64,000 bases of DNA from the NCBI GenBank assembly GCA_965203355.1, contig OZ241889.1, positions 2,400,001 to 2,464,000 on the forward strand, written 5' to 3'. This DNA is from Candidatus Latescibacterota bacterium. Lineage in GTDB: Bacteria > Latescibacterota > UBA2968 > UBA8231. Positions 36,787 through 45,701 of the stretch are shown piece by piece; the first letter of the stretch is position 1; each line of letters begins with the position of its first letter. A program made the position numbers and the translations under genes. The notes under the pieces are model-generated. The model was not told where the DNA came from. It ran no database searches and worked only from the letters and a program-made list of their open reading frames with translations.

Positions 36787-37740
36787 ATGGCTAAGCGATC
36801 TGCCACAGACAAGATGGGTGCGTCAAGCGTGAAACAGGTGAGAGTGCGCGTACCGGCCACATCGGCCAATCTCGGAGCGGGCTTTGACTGCTTGGGGTTG
36901 GCGCTAACATTGTACCTGGACTTGTCGGCGGAAGAAAGCGCGGGGGAGGGCTTGGAAATCGCGATCGCGGGCGAGGGGACTGGGAGTGTGCCTTTAGACG
37001 AGCGCAACACTGTGTATCAGGGCGTGATGCGCGCCTATGCACGGGCTGGCAAGACGCCCGGGCGGCTACGCCTAGCCATTGACAGCCAGATCCCGTTAGC
37101 CAGTGGGCTGGGCAGCAGCTCGGCCGCCTTGATTGCTGGTTTGACCGCTGGAGCTGAGCTGTGCGGAATGGGGCTGGATCGGGAGGAGATCTTGCGGCAG
37201 GGCGTGGCGATGGAGGGACACCCGGACAATGTTGCGCCCGGCGCGTTGGGCGGGATCGTCATCGCGGCTTTGGATGGCGGAGAGGTTGCCCGGGCGCGGA
37301 TTGAGCCACCAAGGGATTTGGCCGCGGTCGTGGCCATCCCGGATTTTCCCCTGCCCACGCCCAAGTCGCGGAGTGTGCTGCCCGCGCGGGTCGAGCGGCG
37401 GGACGCGATATTTAACGCCGGGCGCGTCGGCTTGTTGGTGGCTGCGCTGCAACAGGGAGATTACAGCCTGCTGCGGATTGCAATGCAAGATCGGTTGCAC
37501 CAGCCCTATCGAACGGCCCTAGTGCCGGGGATGGAAGCGGTGTTGGACGCGGCTGCGGAGGCCGGAGCGTTGGGTGCGGCGTTGAGTGGGGCCGGACCGG
37601 CCGCGTTGGCGCTGGTCGGCGGGCCGGGTGTAGCGGTGGCCGGTGCCATGCAGCAGGCGTGGGCTAAAGAAGGAATTGCTGCGCGAACTTTGATCCTCGG
37701 TCTCGCGGCCGAGGGGGTGCAATGCGCGAAAGCGAGGTAA
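36787..37740 (+). CDS. thrB: Homoserine kinase
   Basis: VPATSANLGAGFD, IPLASGLGSSSAA, EGHPDN, DRLHQPYR, LSGAGP. Start may be 36814. Confidence 0.95.
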   Translation: MAKRSATDKMGASSVKQVRVRVPATSANLGAGFDCLGLALTLYLDLSAEESAGEGLEIAIAGEGTGSVPLDERNTVYQGVMRAYARAGKTPGRLRLAIDSQIPLASGLGSSSAALIAGLTAGAELCGMGLDREEILRQGVAMEGHPDNVAPGALGGIVIAALDGGEVARARIEPPRDLAAVVAIPDFPLPTPKSRSVLPARVERRDAIFNAGRVGLLVAALQQGDYSLLRIAMQDRLHQPYRTALVPGMEAVLDAAAEAGALGAALSGAGPAALALVGGPGVAVAGAMQQAWAKEGIAARTLILGLAAEGVQCAKAR

Positions 37741-37742
37741 AC

Positions 37743-38744
37743 ATGGTCAGCGAGGCTACACTCATCGACGACATGACGACTCCGACCCCGGAAGTCGTGG
37801 AAGCTGTGCGCCAGTTAGACGGGCCGATTCTGCTGTTGGGGGTCAGCGGCAAGATGGGGCCGACCTTGGCCGAGTTGTTGGTGCGGGCCGGGGCCGAGCA
37901 AGTGATGGGGGTGGCGCGCTTTGCGGACGCGGAAAAGCGGTGCTACTTGGAGGACATCGGCGTGCAAACCATCGCCTGCGACCTGCTGGCCGACGATGCG
38001 CTACAGGAGCTACCCGACGCGCCCAATGTCCTCTTCCTCGCTGGATTTAAGTTTGGGGCTACGGGCCATGAAGACGCGACTTGGGCGGTGAATGCCGCGT
38101 TGCCCGGCGCGGTGATGGCGCGCTACGCCCAGTCGCGGATCGTCTATGTGAGTTCCGGCAACGTGTATGCGTATGCCAAGGCGCCGGGGCCGGGGGCGGC
38201 TGAAGGTGCAACGCTAGCCCCAGTGGGCGAGTACGCTCAATCGCGCTTGGGCGGCGAGCGGGTCGCCCAGTACGCGTCGCGGGTGCGGGGGACGCCCTTG
38301 GTCATTGTGCGGCTGTTTTACGCCACCGAGCCGCGCTACGGCATCATCCGCGATCTCGCCGATAAAGTGTGGCAGCAAGAGCCGATTGATCTGACTATGG
38401 GGTACGTCAACCAAATTTGGCAGGGCGACGCCAACGCCTATTTGTGCCGCTTCTTCCCGCTGTGCAACAGCCCCGCCGACCTCATCAACCTGACCGGCCC
38501 GGATACCTTATCCGTGCGCGCGCTAGCCGAACAGCTAGGGAAAATCATGGGCAAGCCCCCCCGCTTTACGGGCGCAGAGGCCCCGGACGCTCTTTTGGGG
38601 AACAGCCAGCGTTTGTGCGCGGAATTCGGTCGCCCGTGCGTCGGCCCAGCGCAGATGCTGCGCACGGTGGCCGAGTGGGTTATGGCTAGCGGCCCGAGTC
38701 TGGGCAAACCGACCCGCTACGAATCTCGCAGCGGGCGGTTCTAA
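37743..38744 (+). CDS. NAD-dependent epimerase/dehydratase family protein
   Basis: LLGVSGKMG, LAG.KFG, SSGNVY, GEYAQSR. GAGG RBS before ATG 37743. Confidence 0.85.
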   Translation: MVSEATLIDDMTTPTPEVVEAVRQLDGPILLLGVSGKMGPTLAELLVRAGAEQVMGVARFADAEKRCYLEDIGVQTIACDLLADDALQELPDAPNVLFLAGFKFGATGHEDATWAVNAALPGAVMARYAQSRIVYVSSGNVYAYAKAPGPGAAEGATLAPVGEYAQSRLGGERVAQYASRVRGTPLVIVRLFYATEPRYGIIRDLADKVWQQEPIDLTMGYVNQIWQGDANAYLCRFFPLCNSPADLINLTGPDTLSVRALAEQLGKIMGKPPRFTGAEAPDALLGNSQRLCAEFGRPCVGPAQMLRTVAEWVMASGPSLGKPTRYESRSGRF

Positions 38745-39646
38745 TGACCGAGCGGATCGCGGCGGCGGCTATCCAGTCCGTTGAGTTGCTGTTGGCGGGT
38801 AGCGCGGGTGTGCTCCGAGATGGCCAGTTGTTGTGGGCCTTATCGCATTTGTGGGATCAGCCGCGCTACCGCAGGCTAGCCGAGCAGGTGGCCGCAGGCC
38901 GTGTGTGCGACGGGGCTGGGGTCGGCGATGCCCTCGCGTTGGCCGAAGGGCTGGCGGCCTGTGGGTATTGGGAACGGTCGCGGACGCTGGTGCTGCAAAG
39001 TTTGGGTCGATGCGACGCAGTGGATTACGTCGGCGCGTCGCCCGAGGGGCAATCCATGCCCAAGGGGGCGCGCTGTCTCGATGACTGGGCGCAGGTGCTG
39101 AGCGCGTGTACGCGCCTTTTACACGCCCGCGCCGACCGGGCACTGCAAATAGCGGCCGCCCGCGCTGTAGCTGCCATCTTGAACTATCACTACCACCCGG
39201 ACTTGGGGCTGTTGCTCTTTGCCGTCCGCCGCAATTTCTTCCGCTTTGACGATCCCTGGGGAACCTGCGTATCTAGCGCGGCGGCTCTCGCCGCGTTGAC
39301 CGCGATGTTGGACGAGGCCGGTCGCCGCGGGGAGACGCACTTCAGAGCCTTGGTGGGTCGCTATCTGCGCCAACATATAGAAGCCGCTTGGGCGCGGACC
39401 GGAGGTGGCATCCGCAGCGCGTGTTGCGCTGGCGTCTGGAGCGCGGAAAAGCCCGGAGCGGTCCAAGCCGCCGCCCTAGGGGCCTTGGCGACGTTGCACC
39501 GCTATCAGGGCGGCGACTGGGAGGCTGAATGGCTGGCGCGGGTGCGAGATTATCAACGGAACGGCCCTAGCGATCCGCTCGTCGAGTTGCGCTGCTTAGT
39601 ACGCTGTGCGCGGGAACCAAACGAAAAACTTGACATTGTGAAGTGA
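38744..39646 (+). CDS. Divergent AGE (N-acylglucosamine 2-epimerase)-like alpha/alpha-barrel protein
   Basis: AILNYHYHPDLGLL, AMLDEA.RRG, RQHIEAAW...GG resemble AGE-family segments; the N-terminus looks eroded. Coupled to the epimerase gene. Confidence 0.5.
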   Translation: MTERIAAAAIQSVELLLAGSAGVLRDGQLLWALSHLWDQPRYRRLAEQVAAGRVCDGAGVGDALALAEGLAACGYWERSRTLVLQSLGRCDAVDYVGASPEGQSMPKGARCLDDWAQVLSACTRLLHARADRALQIAAARAVAAILNYHYHPDLGLLLFAVRRNFFRFDDPWGTCVSSAAALAALTAMLDEAGRRGETHFRALVGRYLRQHIEAAWARTGGGIRSACCAGVWSAEKPGAVQAAALGALATLHRYQGGDWEAEWLARVRDYQRNGPSDPLVELRCLVRCAREPNEKLDIVK

Positions 39647-39658
39647 GAAAGCCATTCT
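39630..39658 (+). promoter_or_regulatory. Putative sigma70 promoter for 39731 ORF
   Basis: A-rich UP-like tract, then TTGACA-17 nt-CATTCT. Confidence 0.55.
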
Positions 39659-39730
39659 GACCGCAGACACTTGGGCGGAAGGCCGCACCTTTAAGCACTT
39701 GAAAGCAACATTTTCTGCGAAGAAGTTTTT

Positions 39731-40108
39731 ATGAAAAGGGAAACTAAAGCTGCTCAAAGGGCCATTTTCGCCGCCAAAGCTAGGGCGGAGACGGTGGACA
39801 TGCTTTGTATGGTCCATGTGGACGAAAACACCCATGAGATCGCTATCTCGGGCGTTTGGATGGCTCAGATGGCGGTCGAAGCCGCTGAGACAGCAGTCGA
39901 AGTGACGGAGGCGATTTTGGCTGACACTACTACCGTCAAGTCCACTCGGTTGGCCGCGATCGATTTGGCTGATGCTAGGGCTGCTAGGGCGCGCGCCGAT
40001 GAGGTCTTGGAGTCCGCCTTGATGCGGTTGAGAAGCTTCGAGTGGACATATCGAGACGAACTTATTAGTCGCCTTGTTGGTCTTTTGTACCTTGCTTCAC
40101 AACGCTGA
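39731..40108 (+). CDS. Orphan helical hypothetical protein
   Basis: 125-aa ORF filling the gap behind a promoter. Ala-rich helices, codon usage unlike neighbours, no recognised motif. Confidence 0.5.
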   Translation: MKRETKAAQRAIFAAKARAETVDMLCMVHVDENTHEIAISGVWMAQMAVEAAETAVEVTEAILADTTTVKSTRLAAIDLADARAARARADEVLESALMRLRSFEWTYRDELISRLVGLLYLASQR

Positions 40109-40173
40109 GAATCGCCAAGATACCAAATTAAGGCAATCCAGAATTCCTCTTCTCAAATCAGCAGAGGCCCATT

Positions 40174-41265
40174 ATGATCGTCTATCACGGTACGACGCGC
40201 CGTGCGGCCCGCCGGATCGCCCGCGATGGCTTTCAGCCGCGGTCGCCGTCGCGGCGGGTGTGGCTTTCGCGGAGCAAGAGTTACGCCAAGCAGCGGGCAC
40301 ATGCCAAAGCGCGGCACACGCGCGATCGCCCCATCGTCTTGACCGTAGATATCGACTTGAAAACGCTGCGCCAGCGCTACGGCAGTCGGCAGGTGCGCGA
40401 AAGCGGCGGGGTCATTTCGATCCGAGGAGACATTCCCGCGTCCTCGCTGCGCAGCCACTACGGGCTGGGACTCCCGGAGACGGCCGAGGAGATCGCCCGC
40501 TGGGTCAACGCCGTCTTGGGCGTCAAAGCGCACAAAGGCGTCAGTGCCCGCAATGAGGGCGTCTTGCGCTTGGCCCGCTGGATCGACAACCGGCTGACGA
40601 CCCGACCCCATACGCGGATCGGCGAGAAGGAACTGCTCGCCCGCGCCGCCCAGTGGATCCCGGACTGCTTTGCCGGAGTGGAGATCGACTTTGCGCATTT
40701 GCGGGTCTGGCCCAAGGTGGTGCGAGAAGCCGAGGCGCGGCAGGCCTCATCCGCGAAGGCAGCGTCCGTCGATCGCCAAGAGGAAGAGGAGGCCATTGCT
40801 TGCTTGGAGTCGGACAAGCCACAGCGGCAGGTGCGCGGCCTCCAACTCTTGGCCGGCCTAGACGACCCGGACCTGTTCGAGTGGTGCGTATTGCTGCTCG
40901 GCGAGGGGCCGCCGCAAAGCGCGGTCGGTATCCTCAAAGTAATGCGGCGTTGCCAGGACATTCAGCCGGAGGTGTTGGCTCCGTACGCGGAGAGCGAGCA
41001 CAAGGCGGTGCGCGGCGCGGCCATTGAGGTACTGGTCCTGCGCAGCGGAGAAGAGGCCCCCAAGTGGTTTTGGCGCGGCCTGACCGATCCCGTGCCGCAC
41101 GTGCGGCTGAGCGCGGCCAAATTTCTCGACCGCCTGGACCCGCACGTGCATCGCGACAGCTTTGAGGCCGCGCTCTACGACCCGCACCCGCAGGTGGCGC
41201 AAGCCGCCCGCAAACTGACGCGGCACATGGGATTTAAGCCGTTGGTTTGGTCGGCAGCGGGATGA
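40174..41265 (+). CDS. Tpt1/KptA-like ADP-ribosyltransferase-fold domain fused to HEAT repeats
   Basis: VYHGT...I.RDGFQP...VWLS...PIVLTVD...GGVI...DIPASSL. C-terminal HEAT units (VRGAAIEVL, LTDPVPHVRLSAA, LYDPHPQVAQAA). Confidence 0.7.
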   Translation: MIVYHGTTRRAARRIARDGFQPRSPSRRVWLSRSKSYAKQRAHAKARHTRDRPIVLTVDIDLKTLRQRYGSRQVRESGGVISIRGDIPASSLRSHYGLGLPETAEEIARWVNAVLGVKAHKGVSARNEGVLRLARWIDNRLTTRPHTRIGEKELLARAAQWIPDCFAGVEIDFAHLRVWPKVVREAEARQASSAKAASVDRQEEEEAIACLESDKPQRQVRGLQLLAGLDDPDLFEWCVLLLGEGPPQSAVGILKVMRRCQDIQPEVLAPYAESEHKAVRGAAIEVLVLRSGEEAPKWFWRGLTDPVPHVRLSAAKFLDRLDPHVHRDSFEAALYDPHPQVAQAARKLTRHMGFKPLVWSAAG

Positions 41266-41336
41266 TTCCTGTTTTGATTGACGACTTTTCGCGGGCCGCT
41301 TTTTTGCCACGAAGCTAGCAAAAGAGGCGTGTTTAT

Positions 41337-42848
41337 ATGGTTGCTAAACAGCGCGTGGCTTTGGGGGCGATTTTTACCGAGTGCAATCAATTCGGTGGCG
41401 AGCCGATTGAGCGGTCGTGGTTTGAACGCTATGAACTGCGGCGCGGGCGCGAGGTGCTGGCCGCTGAAGACGGAGTGGTCGGCGGTATGCTCAACGTGCT
41501 GGCGGTGCGCGAGGTGGAAGTCGCGCCGCTGTTGTTTGCTAGCACTTGCCCCGGCGGGCCGCTGACGCGGGCTTGTTACGACCCGCTCAAGGAAGAGCTT
41601 TTGGCGCGGCTCAACGAGGCACTTCCAGTAGATGGCGTCCTCATGCCGCTGCACGGGGCCGCGGCCGTGGAGGGCGGCGTTGATTTGGAAGGGGATTTGC
41701 TGGCTGCTGTCCGAGGTGTCGTCGGTGACGCCGTACCTATCGTCGCCACGCTCGATTTACACGCTCATATTTCCGCGCAGATGATGCACGCTGCCGACGG
41801 GTTGGTGGCTTGGGAGACTTATCCGCATCGCGATGCCTTTTCCACGGGTGAACGCGGGGCGCACCTGCTATGCGACACACTGGTCGGCGCGTGCAAACCC
41901 GCGATGGCCATGGCCAAGGTGCCGGTGCTCACCGGAGCCATTCACGGCTCGACCGAGGACGACGATCCCTTCGCGCAAGTAATGGCCATGGCCAAGGTTG
42001 GCGAGCAGTGCGACGGCATCCTCTCGGCGAGTGCGATCTTGGTACATCCCTATCTCGATTTTGCTGGTATGGGCAGCGGCGGGCTGGTGATTGCCGATGG
42101 CGATTTTGCCAAAGCCGAAGCACTCGCCCGGGCGCTGGCCACGGCGTATTGGCAGCGGCGCTTTGCCTTAGAGCCAACGCTGTACGCCCCAAAAGATGCC
42201 GTGTGCGCTGGTTTGGCCGTCGAGGGCGGTCCGGTGGTGCTGGTGGAAGCGGCGGATTGTTGCGGCGGGGGCGCGGCTGGCGATAGCGTGGCGGCACTGA
42301 CCGCGCTGTTGCAGGCCGAGTTGGACGGACCGGCGCTGGTGCCCTTGGTGGATGCCCGGGCGGCGGCGGCCTGTCACCAAGCTGGCATGGGGGCTGAATT
42401 GGAGTTGACGCTGGGGCACGGACACGACCCGCGTTGGGGGCAGCCGATCGCCGTGCGCGGCCGGGTGCTGCGCTTGAGCGATGGCCGCTTCCGCTACCGG
42501 GGCGGCATTTGGGAGGGAGTCGAAGGGCAAATGGGACCGGCCGCCGTGCTCGCGCTGGGACAAATTCAGGTGTTGTTGGCGTCGCATCCGACCTATGAAT
42601 GGGACCACGAGCAGTTTGCCGCGCTTGGGATGGACGCGGCGCAAGCGCGCTTTATCGTCGCCAAGAATCCCATGAACTACCGCTTCGCCTACGGAGCCAT
42701 AGCCCAGGCCGTTTTCGTGCTCGACACCCCGGGACCGACGCCCGCGACCGTGCGGCATTTGCCGTTTGTCCGGCGGGCGCGGCCCTTTTTTCCGTTGGAC
42801 CCGGATATGGTGCTGGAGGTGGAGGTGCTGTGTGCGGCTGCGCGTTAA
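41337..42848 (+). CDS. M81 family metallopeptidase (MlrC-like)
   Basis: ECNQF, DGVL..LHGA, DLEGD, TLDLHAH, TYPHRD, GGGAAGD, DTPG. Confidence 0.9.
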   Translation: MVAKQRVALGAIFTECNQFGGEPIERSWFERYELRRGREVLAAEDGVVGGMLNVLAVREVEVAPLLFASTCPGGPLTRACYDPLKEELLARLNEALPVDGVLMPLHGAAAVEGGVDLEGDLLAAVRGVVGDAVPIVATLDLHAHISAQMMHAADGLVAWETYPHRDAFSTGERGAHLLCDTLVGACKPAMAMAKVPVLTGAIHGSTEDDDPFAQVMAMAKVGEQCDGILSASAILVHPYLDFAGMGSGGLVIADGDFAKAEALARALATAYWQRRFALEPTLYAPKDAVCAGLAVEGGPVVLVEAADCCGGGAAGDSVAALTALLQAELDGPALVPLVDARAAAACHQAGMGAELELTLGHGHDPRWGQPIAVRGRVLRLSDGRFRYRGGIWEGVEGQMGPAAVLALGQIQVLLASHPTYEWDHEQFAALGMDAAQARFIVAKNPMNYRFAYGAIAQAVFVLDTPGPTPATVRHLPFVRRARPFFPLDPDMVLEVEVLCAAAR

Positions 42849-42894
42849 AATGAATATTTGACCTCTCACTGGAAATGCAACGACAAAAGATCGC

Positions 42895-43497
42895 ATGATC
42901 AACATAAAAAACATGCTCGTGCCTACGGATTTATCCGACCATGCCGGCTATGCGCTGAGTTATGCTCGGGAACTCGCCTCGCTCTGCGGTGCCAGCCTAC
43001 ATCTTCTGTACGTGATAGAGCTGCACTGGTTTGACGAAGAGGCCGAGCTCCCCGAGGAGATTGCCCATGCCCTGCCCCAATATCAGCGGGACAAACAGCT
43101 CCGGTTAGACGCCGTGAAGATCGAGATTGAGGGCGAGGGCCTTGAGGTCAAAGTTAGGGTTGACGCTGGGGCACCCCACGCCGCGATCATTCGCTATGCC
43201 AGAGGCCACGACATTGACCTCATCGTCTTAGCTACGCACGGCCGGAGTGGACTCGCCCACGCCCTGAGCTGCAGCGTGGCCGAGAAGGTGGTCCAGATGG
43301 CTCCTTGCCCGGTGTTGACCGTCAAACATCCAGCGCGCATTCGCGCTGCCGTAGGCGGGATTCAGAGGGCCGAAATGCCTCCTACTGAACTTGGGGCCGA
43401 AACATCGGCGGGAGTGAGCGATCTCCGCCGATGCGGTATTCAAAGGAGCCGCGAGGATAGGCAAAGCCCAACTGATCGCTGTGGCCGAAAGCCTTGA
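42895..43497 (+). CDS. Universal stress protein (C-terminus probably extended by a frameshift near 43335)
   Basis: MLVPTDLS, LHLLYV, DLIVLATHGRSG, SVAEKVV..APCPVLTVK. Confidence 0.85.
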   Translation: MINIKNMLVPTDLSDHAGYALSYARELASLCGASLHLLYVIELHWFDEEAELPEEIAHALPQYQRDKQLRLDAVKIEIEGEGLEVKVRVDAGAPHAAIIRYARGHDIDLIVLATHGRSGLAHALSCSVAEKVVQMAPCPVLTVKHPARIRAAVGGIQRAEMPPTELGAETSAGVSDLRRCGIQRSREDRQSPTDRCGRKP

Positions 43498-44299
43498 CGA
43501 TCCTTCCCACAATATCGCTGGAAATGCGTTGTCGCTCGACTGCTATGGACTGATAACGCAGCCGCATCATGACCCCGGAATCGAAAAACTCTGCGCGGAT
43601 GAACGGCGTTTGGCCGGTCTCCTTGATGATTTCTCGAGTCACTTCAGCGGCGCAGTTGATGAGCGTCTGCTCGGCTAATTGATAGTCCGAGTCGTAGGAG
43701 ACCCGCACGGGTACTTCGTCGAGAATATACTTGGCTTCCTCGGAGACAGCGTAATTGGTGACCATCTGATCAAACAACACTGCATTGGGGATTAAAATGC
43801 CTCGGTTGGATGATTCTTCCCCGCCAATAGTCCCGCCTACTTCGCCCAACAGAATATGCGTCGGACTGATGTCGAGCACATCGCCCCGGACGCCCTGAAT
43901 GATGATCCGATCTCCGATCTGGAAAGGCTGCTTGATCATAACCATGAGCCAAGCGGCAACGCCAGTGACCGGACGTTGCAAAGACCAACCTAGTATCATG
44001 CTGAGAAAGGCCGCGGTCAATCCCATGGCGGCCAATGAGCCGGACAAGCTAACAATCACTAAGATGATGCCCGCCAGCATGAAGGCATACTTCAACAGCG
44101 ATTGAACCTGACGAATATCCGCATCCTCGCGTTTTTGGTGCTGCATGGCCTTTAGGGTGAGTCGTTTGGTAATTTTATAGGTGGCTATTATGGCGATTAA
44201 TACTAAAATGATCAGAAGAGTGTCTCTTGCTGTCCCGGGAACGTAGTAGTTGATCCACTGCTCCATAGTGCTCAGCCAAGTAGTGATTTTCTGTTGCAT
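43382..44299 (-). CDS. mscS: Small-conductance mechanosensitive channel family protein
   Basis: Three TM helices, GWSLQ, PFQIGDRI, GDVLDI, IPN. GGGAG RBS. Confidence 0.88.
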   Translation of the reverse strand: MQQKITTWLSTMEQWINYYVPGTARDTLLIILVLIAIIATYKITKRLTLKAMQHQKREDADIRQVQSLLKYAFMLAGIILVIVSLSGSLAAMGLTAAFLSMILGWSLQRPVTGVAAWLMVMIKQPFQIGDRIIIQGVRGDVLDISPTHILLGEVGGTIGGEESSNRGILIPNAVLFDQMVTNYAVSEEAKYILDEVPVRVSYDSDYQLAEQTLINCAAEVTREIIKETGQTPFIRAEFFDSGVMMRLRYQSIAVERQRISSDIVGRIVKAFGHSDQLGFAYPRGSFEYRIGGDRSLPPMFRPQVQ

Positions 44300-44418
44300 T
44301 AGTCAGCTCCCTTTGGAAAAGCAAAAGAAAAAACGCGATGTCGTCCGCCTACTGGTTGCTGAATGGAAGATCGCGCTTGTTGAACAAGTATGTAACCGAT
44401 GTGCAATAATATAAGCCT

Positions 44419-44706
44419 ATGAGCCACTGCTACACCAACTCGAAGGTTGCGTACCAGCTACGCCTTTTCTTACTGGAAGCCGGAATGGCCCAACCACTTG
44501 CGGCATTGGGCTGCTTGCAAAGAAACTCTTTGTCGATGACGGCCCCGACCCATATCCGCCGGCTTTTGGCGCTAGCGGAAGCGGCTGGATTCCGCTGCCT
44601 GATCGGCCCCGACCAAGAACATGACCGGTTTGACCTTTTGCCGGTTGTGCCGCAGTATATCCTTTCGATAATACTTGAGTTACACACAAACAGGAGGGAA
44701 AAATGA
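44419..44706 (+). CDS. Possible small hypothetical protein
   Basis: 95-aa ORF whose stop overlaps the next ATG (ATGA). No recognised motif. Confidence 0.35.
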   Translation: MSHCYTNSKVAYQLRLFLLEAGMAQPLAALGCLQRNSLSMTAPTHIRRLLALAEAAGFRCLIGPDQEHDRFDLLPVVPQYILSIILELHTNRREK

Positions 44707-45695
44707 GCGAGGAAAACCGCGCGACTTGGGCTGATAATTGGCTCGGATACCGCGAAGAGATCAAGGTCGTCGATGTCACGATCCGTGATGGCGGCCTGAT
44801 GAACGATCACCAGTTTACCGACGACGTAGTCCAAGGCGTGTACGAGTCTTGCGTCGAGGCCGGGATTGACTACATGGAAATCGGCTATATCAACTCGCGG
44901 GAGCAGTTTCCGCCTAGCGAGTTTGGCCCGTGGAAGCACTGCCGCGAGGAGGATATCCGCCGCATCGTCGGCGACAACGACACCTCGCTAAAGTTGGCAG
45001 CCATGGCCGACGCCGAAAAAAGCGATTACAAGACGGACATCCTGCCCGCATCTGAAAGCGTGTTGGACCTGATCCGCGTGGCCACCTACATCCACCAGAT
45101 GCCGCTGGCGTTGGACATGGTCAAGGACGCCGCTGACAAGGGCTATGAGACGACCTTAAACTTAATGGCCGTTTCCACTGTGCCGGAGTCCGAGGTCAAG
45201 AGTGCGCTGGAGATGCTGATACGTTCAGACGTGGGGGCTGTGTACGTGGTGGATAGCTTTGGCTCGCTTTACAGCGAGCAGGTCCGCGCACTGTGCAACA
45301 TGTTTTTTGAATACTGCGAGGGCACCCCGATCGAGGTCGGGATCCACGCCCACAACAATCGGCAACTGGCCTTTGCCAATACCATCGAAGCCGTGACACT
45401 AGGGGCCAATTGTGCGGATGCGAGTTTCGCAGGGTTGGGCCGCGGCGCGGGCAACTGCCAGATGGAGCTTTTGTTGGGCTTTTTGCACAACCCCAAGTTT
45501 CGCTTGCGCCCCGTGCTCAAGTGCATTGAGGAGCACGTTGAGCCGCTGCGCTCTAAGTTGCTGTGGGGGTACGACTATCCCTACATGATCACCGGCCTGC
45601 TCAACGAGCATCCGCGCGCCGGCATGGCTTTTAACGCCTCTGAGGACCGGGGCAAAATCGTCCAGTTCTACGACCAGATGGAAGAGCAGGAGTGA
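44703..45695 (+). CDS. DRE-TIM metallolyase (HMGL-like; 4-hydroxy-2-oxovalerate aldolase-like) protein
   Basis: DVTIRDGG, YMEIG, VDSFG, GIHAHNN, GLGRGAGN. Strong GGAGGG RBS. Confidence 0.88.
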   Translation: MSEENRATWADNWLGYREEIKVVDVTIRDGGLMNDHQFTDDVVQGVYESCVEAGIDYMEIGYINSREQFPPSEFGPWKHCREEDIRRIVGDNDTSLKLAAMADAEKSDYKTDILPASESVLDLIRVATYIHQMPLALDMVKDAADKGYETTLNLMAVSTVPESEVKSALEMLIRSDVGAVYVVDSFGSLYSEQVRALCNMFFEYCEGTPIEVGIHAHNNRQLAFANTIEAVTLGANCADASFAGLGRGAGNCQMELLLGFLHNPKFRLRPVLKCIEEHVEPLRSKLLWGYDYPYMITGLLNEHPRAGMAFNASEDRGKIVQFYDQMEEQE

Positions 45696-45701
45696 GCTTC
45701 T

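Noticed and set aside
41281-41306. GCGGGCCGC followed by a T run after the ART-HEAT gene
   Set aside because: Stem is too short to support a terminator call.
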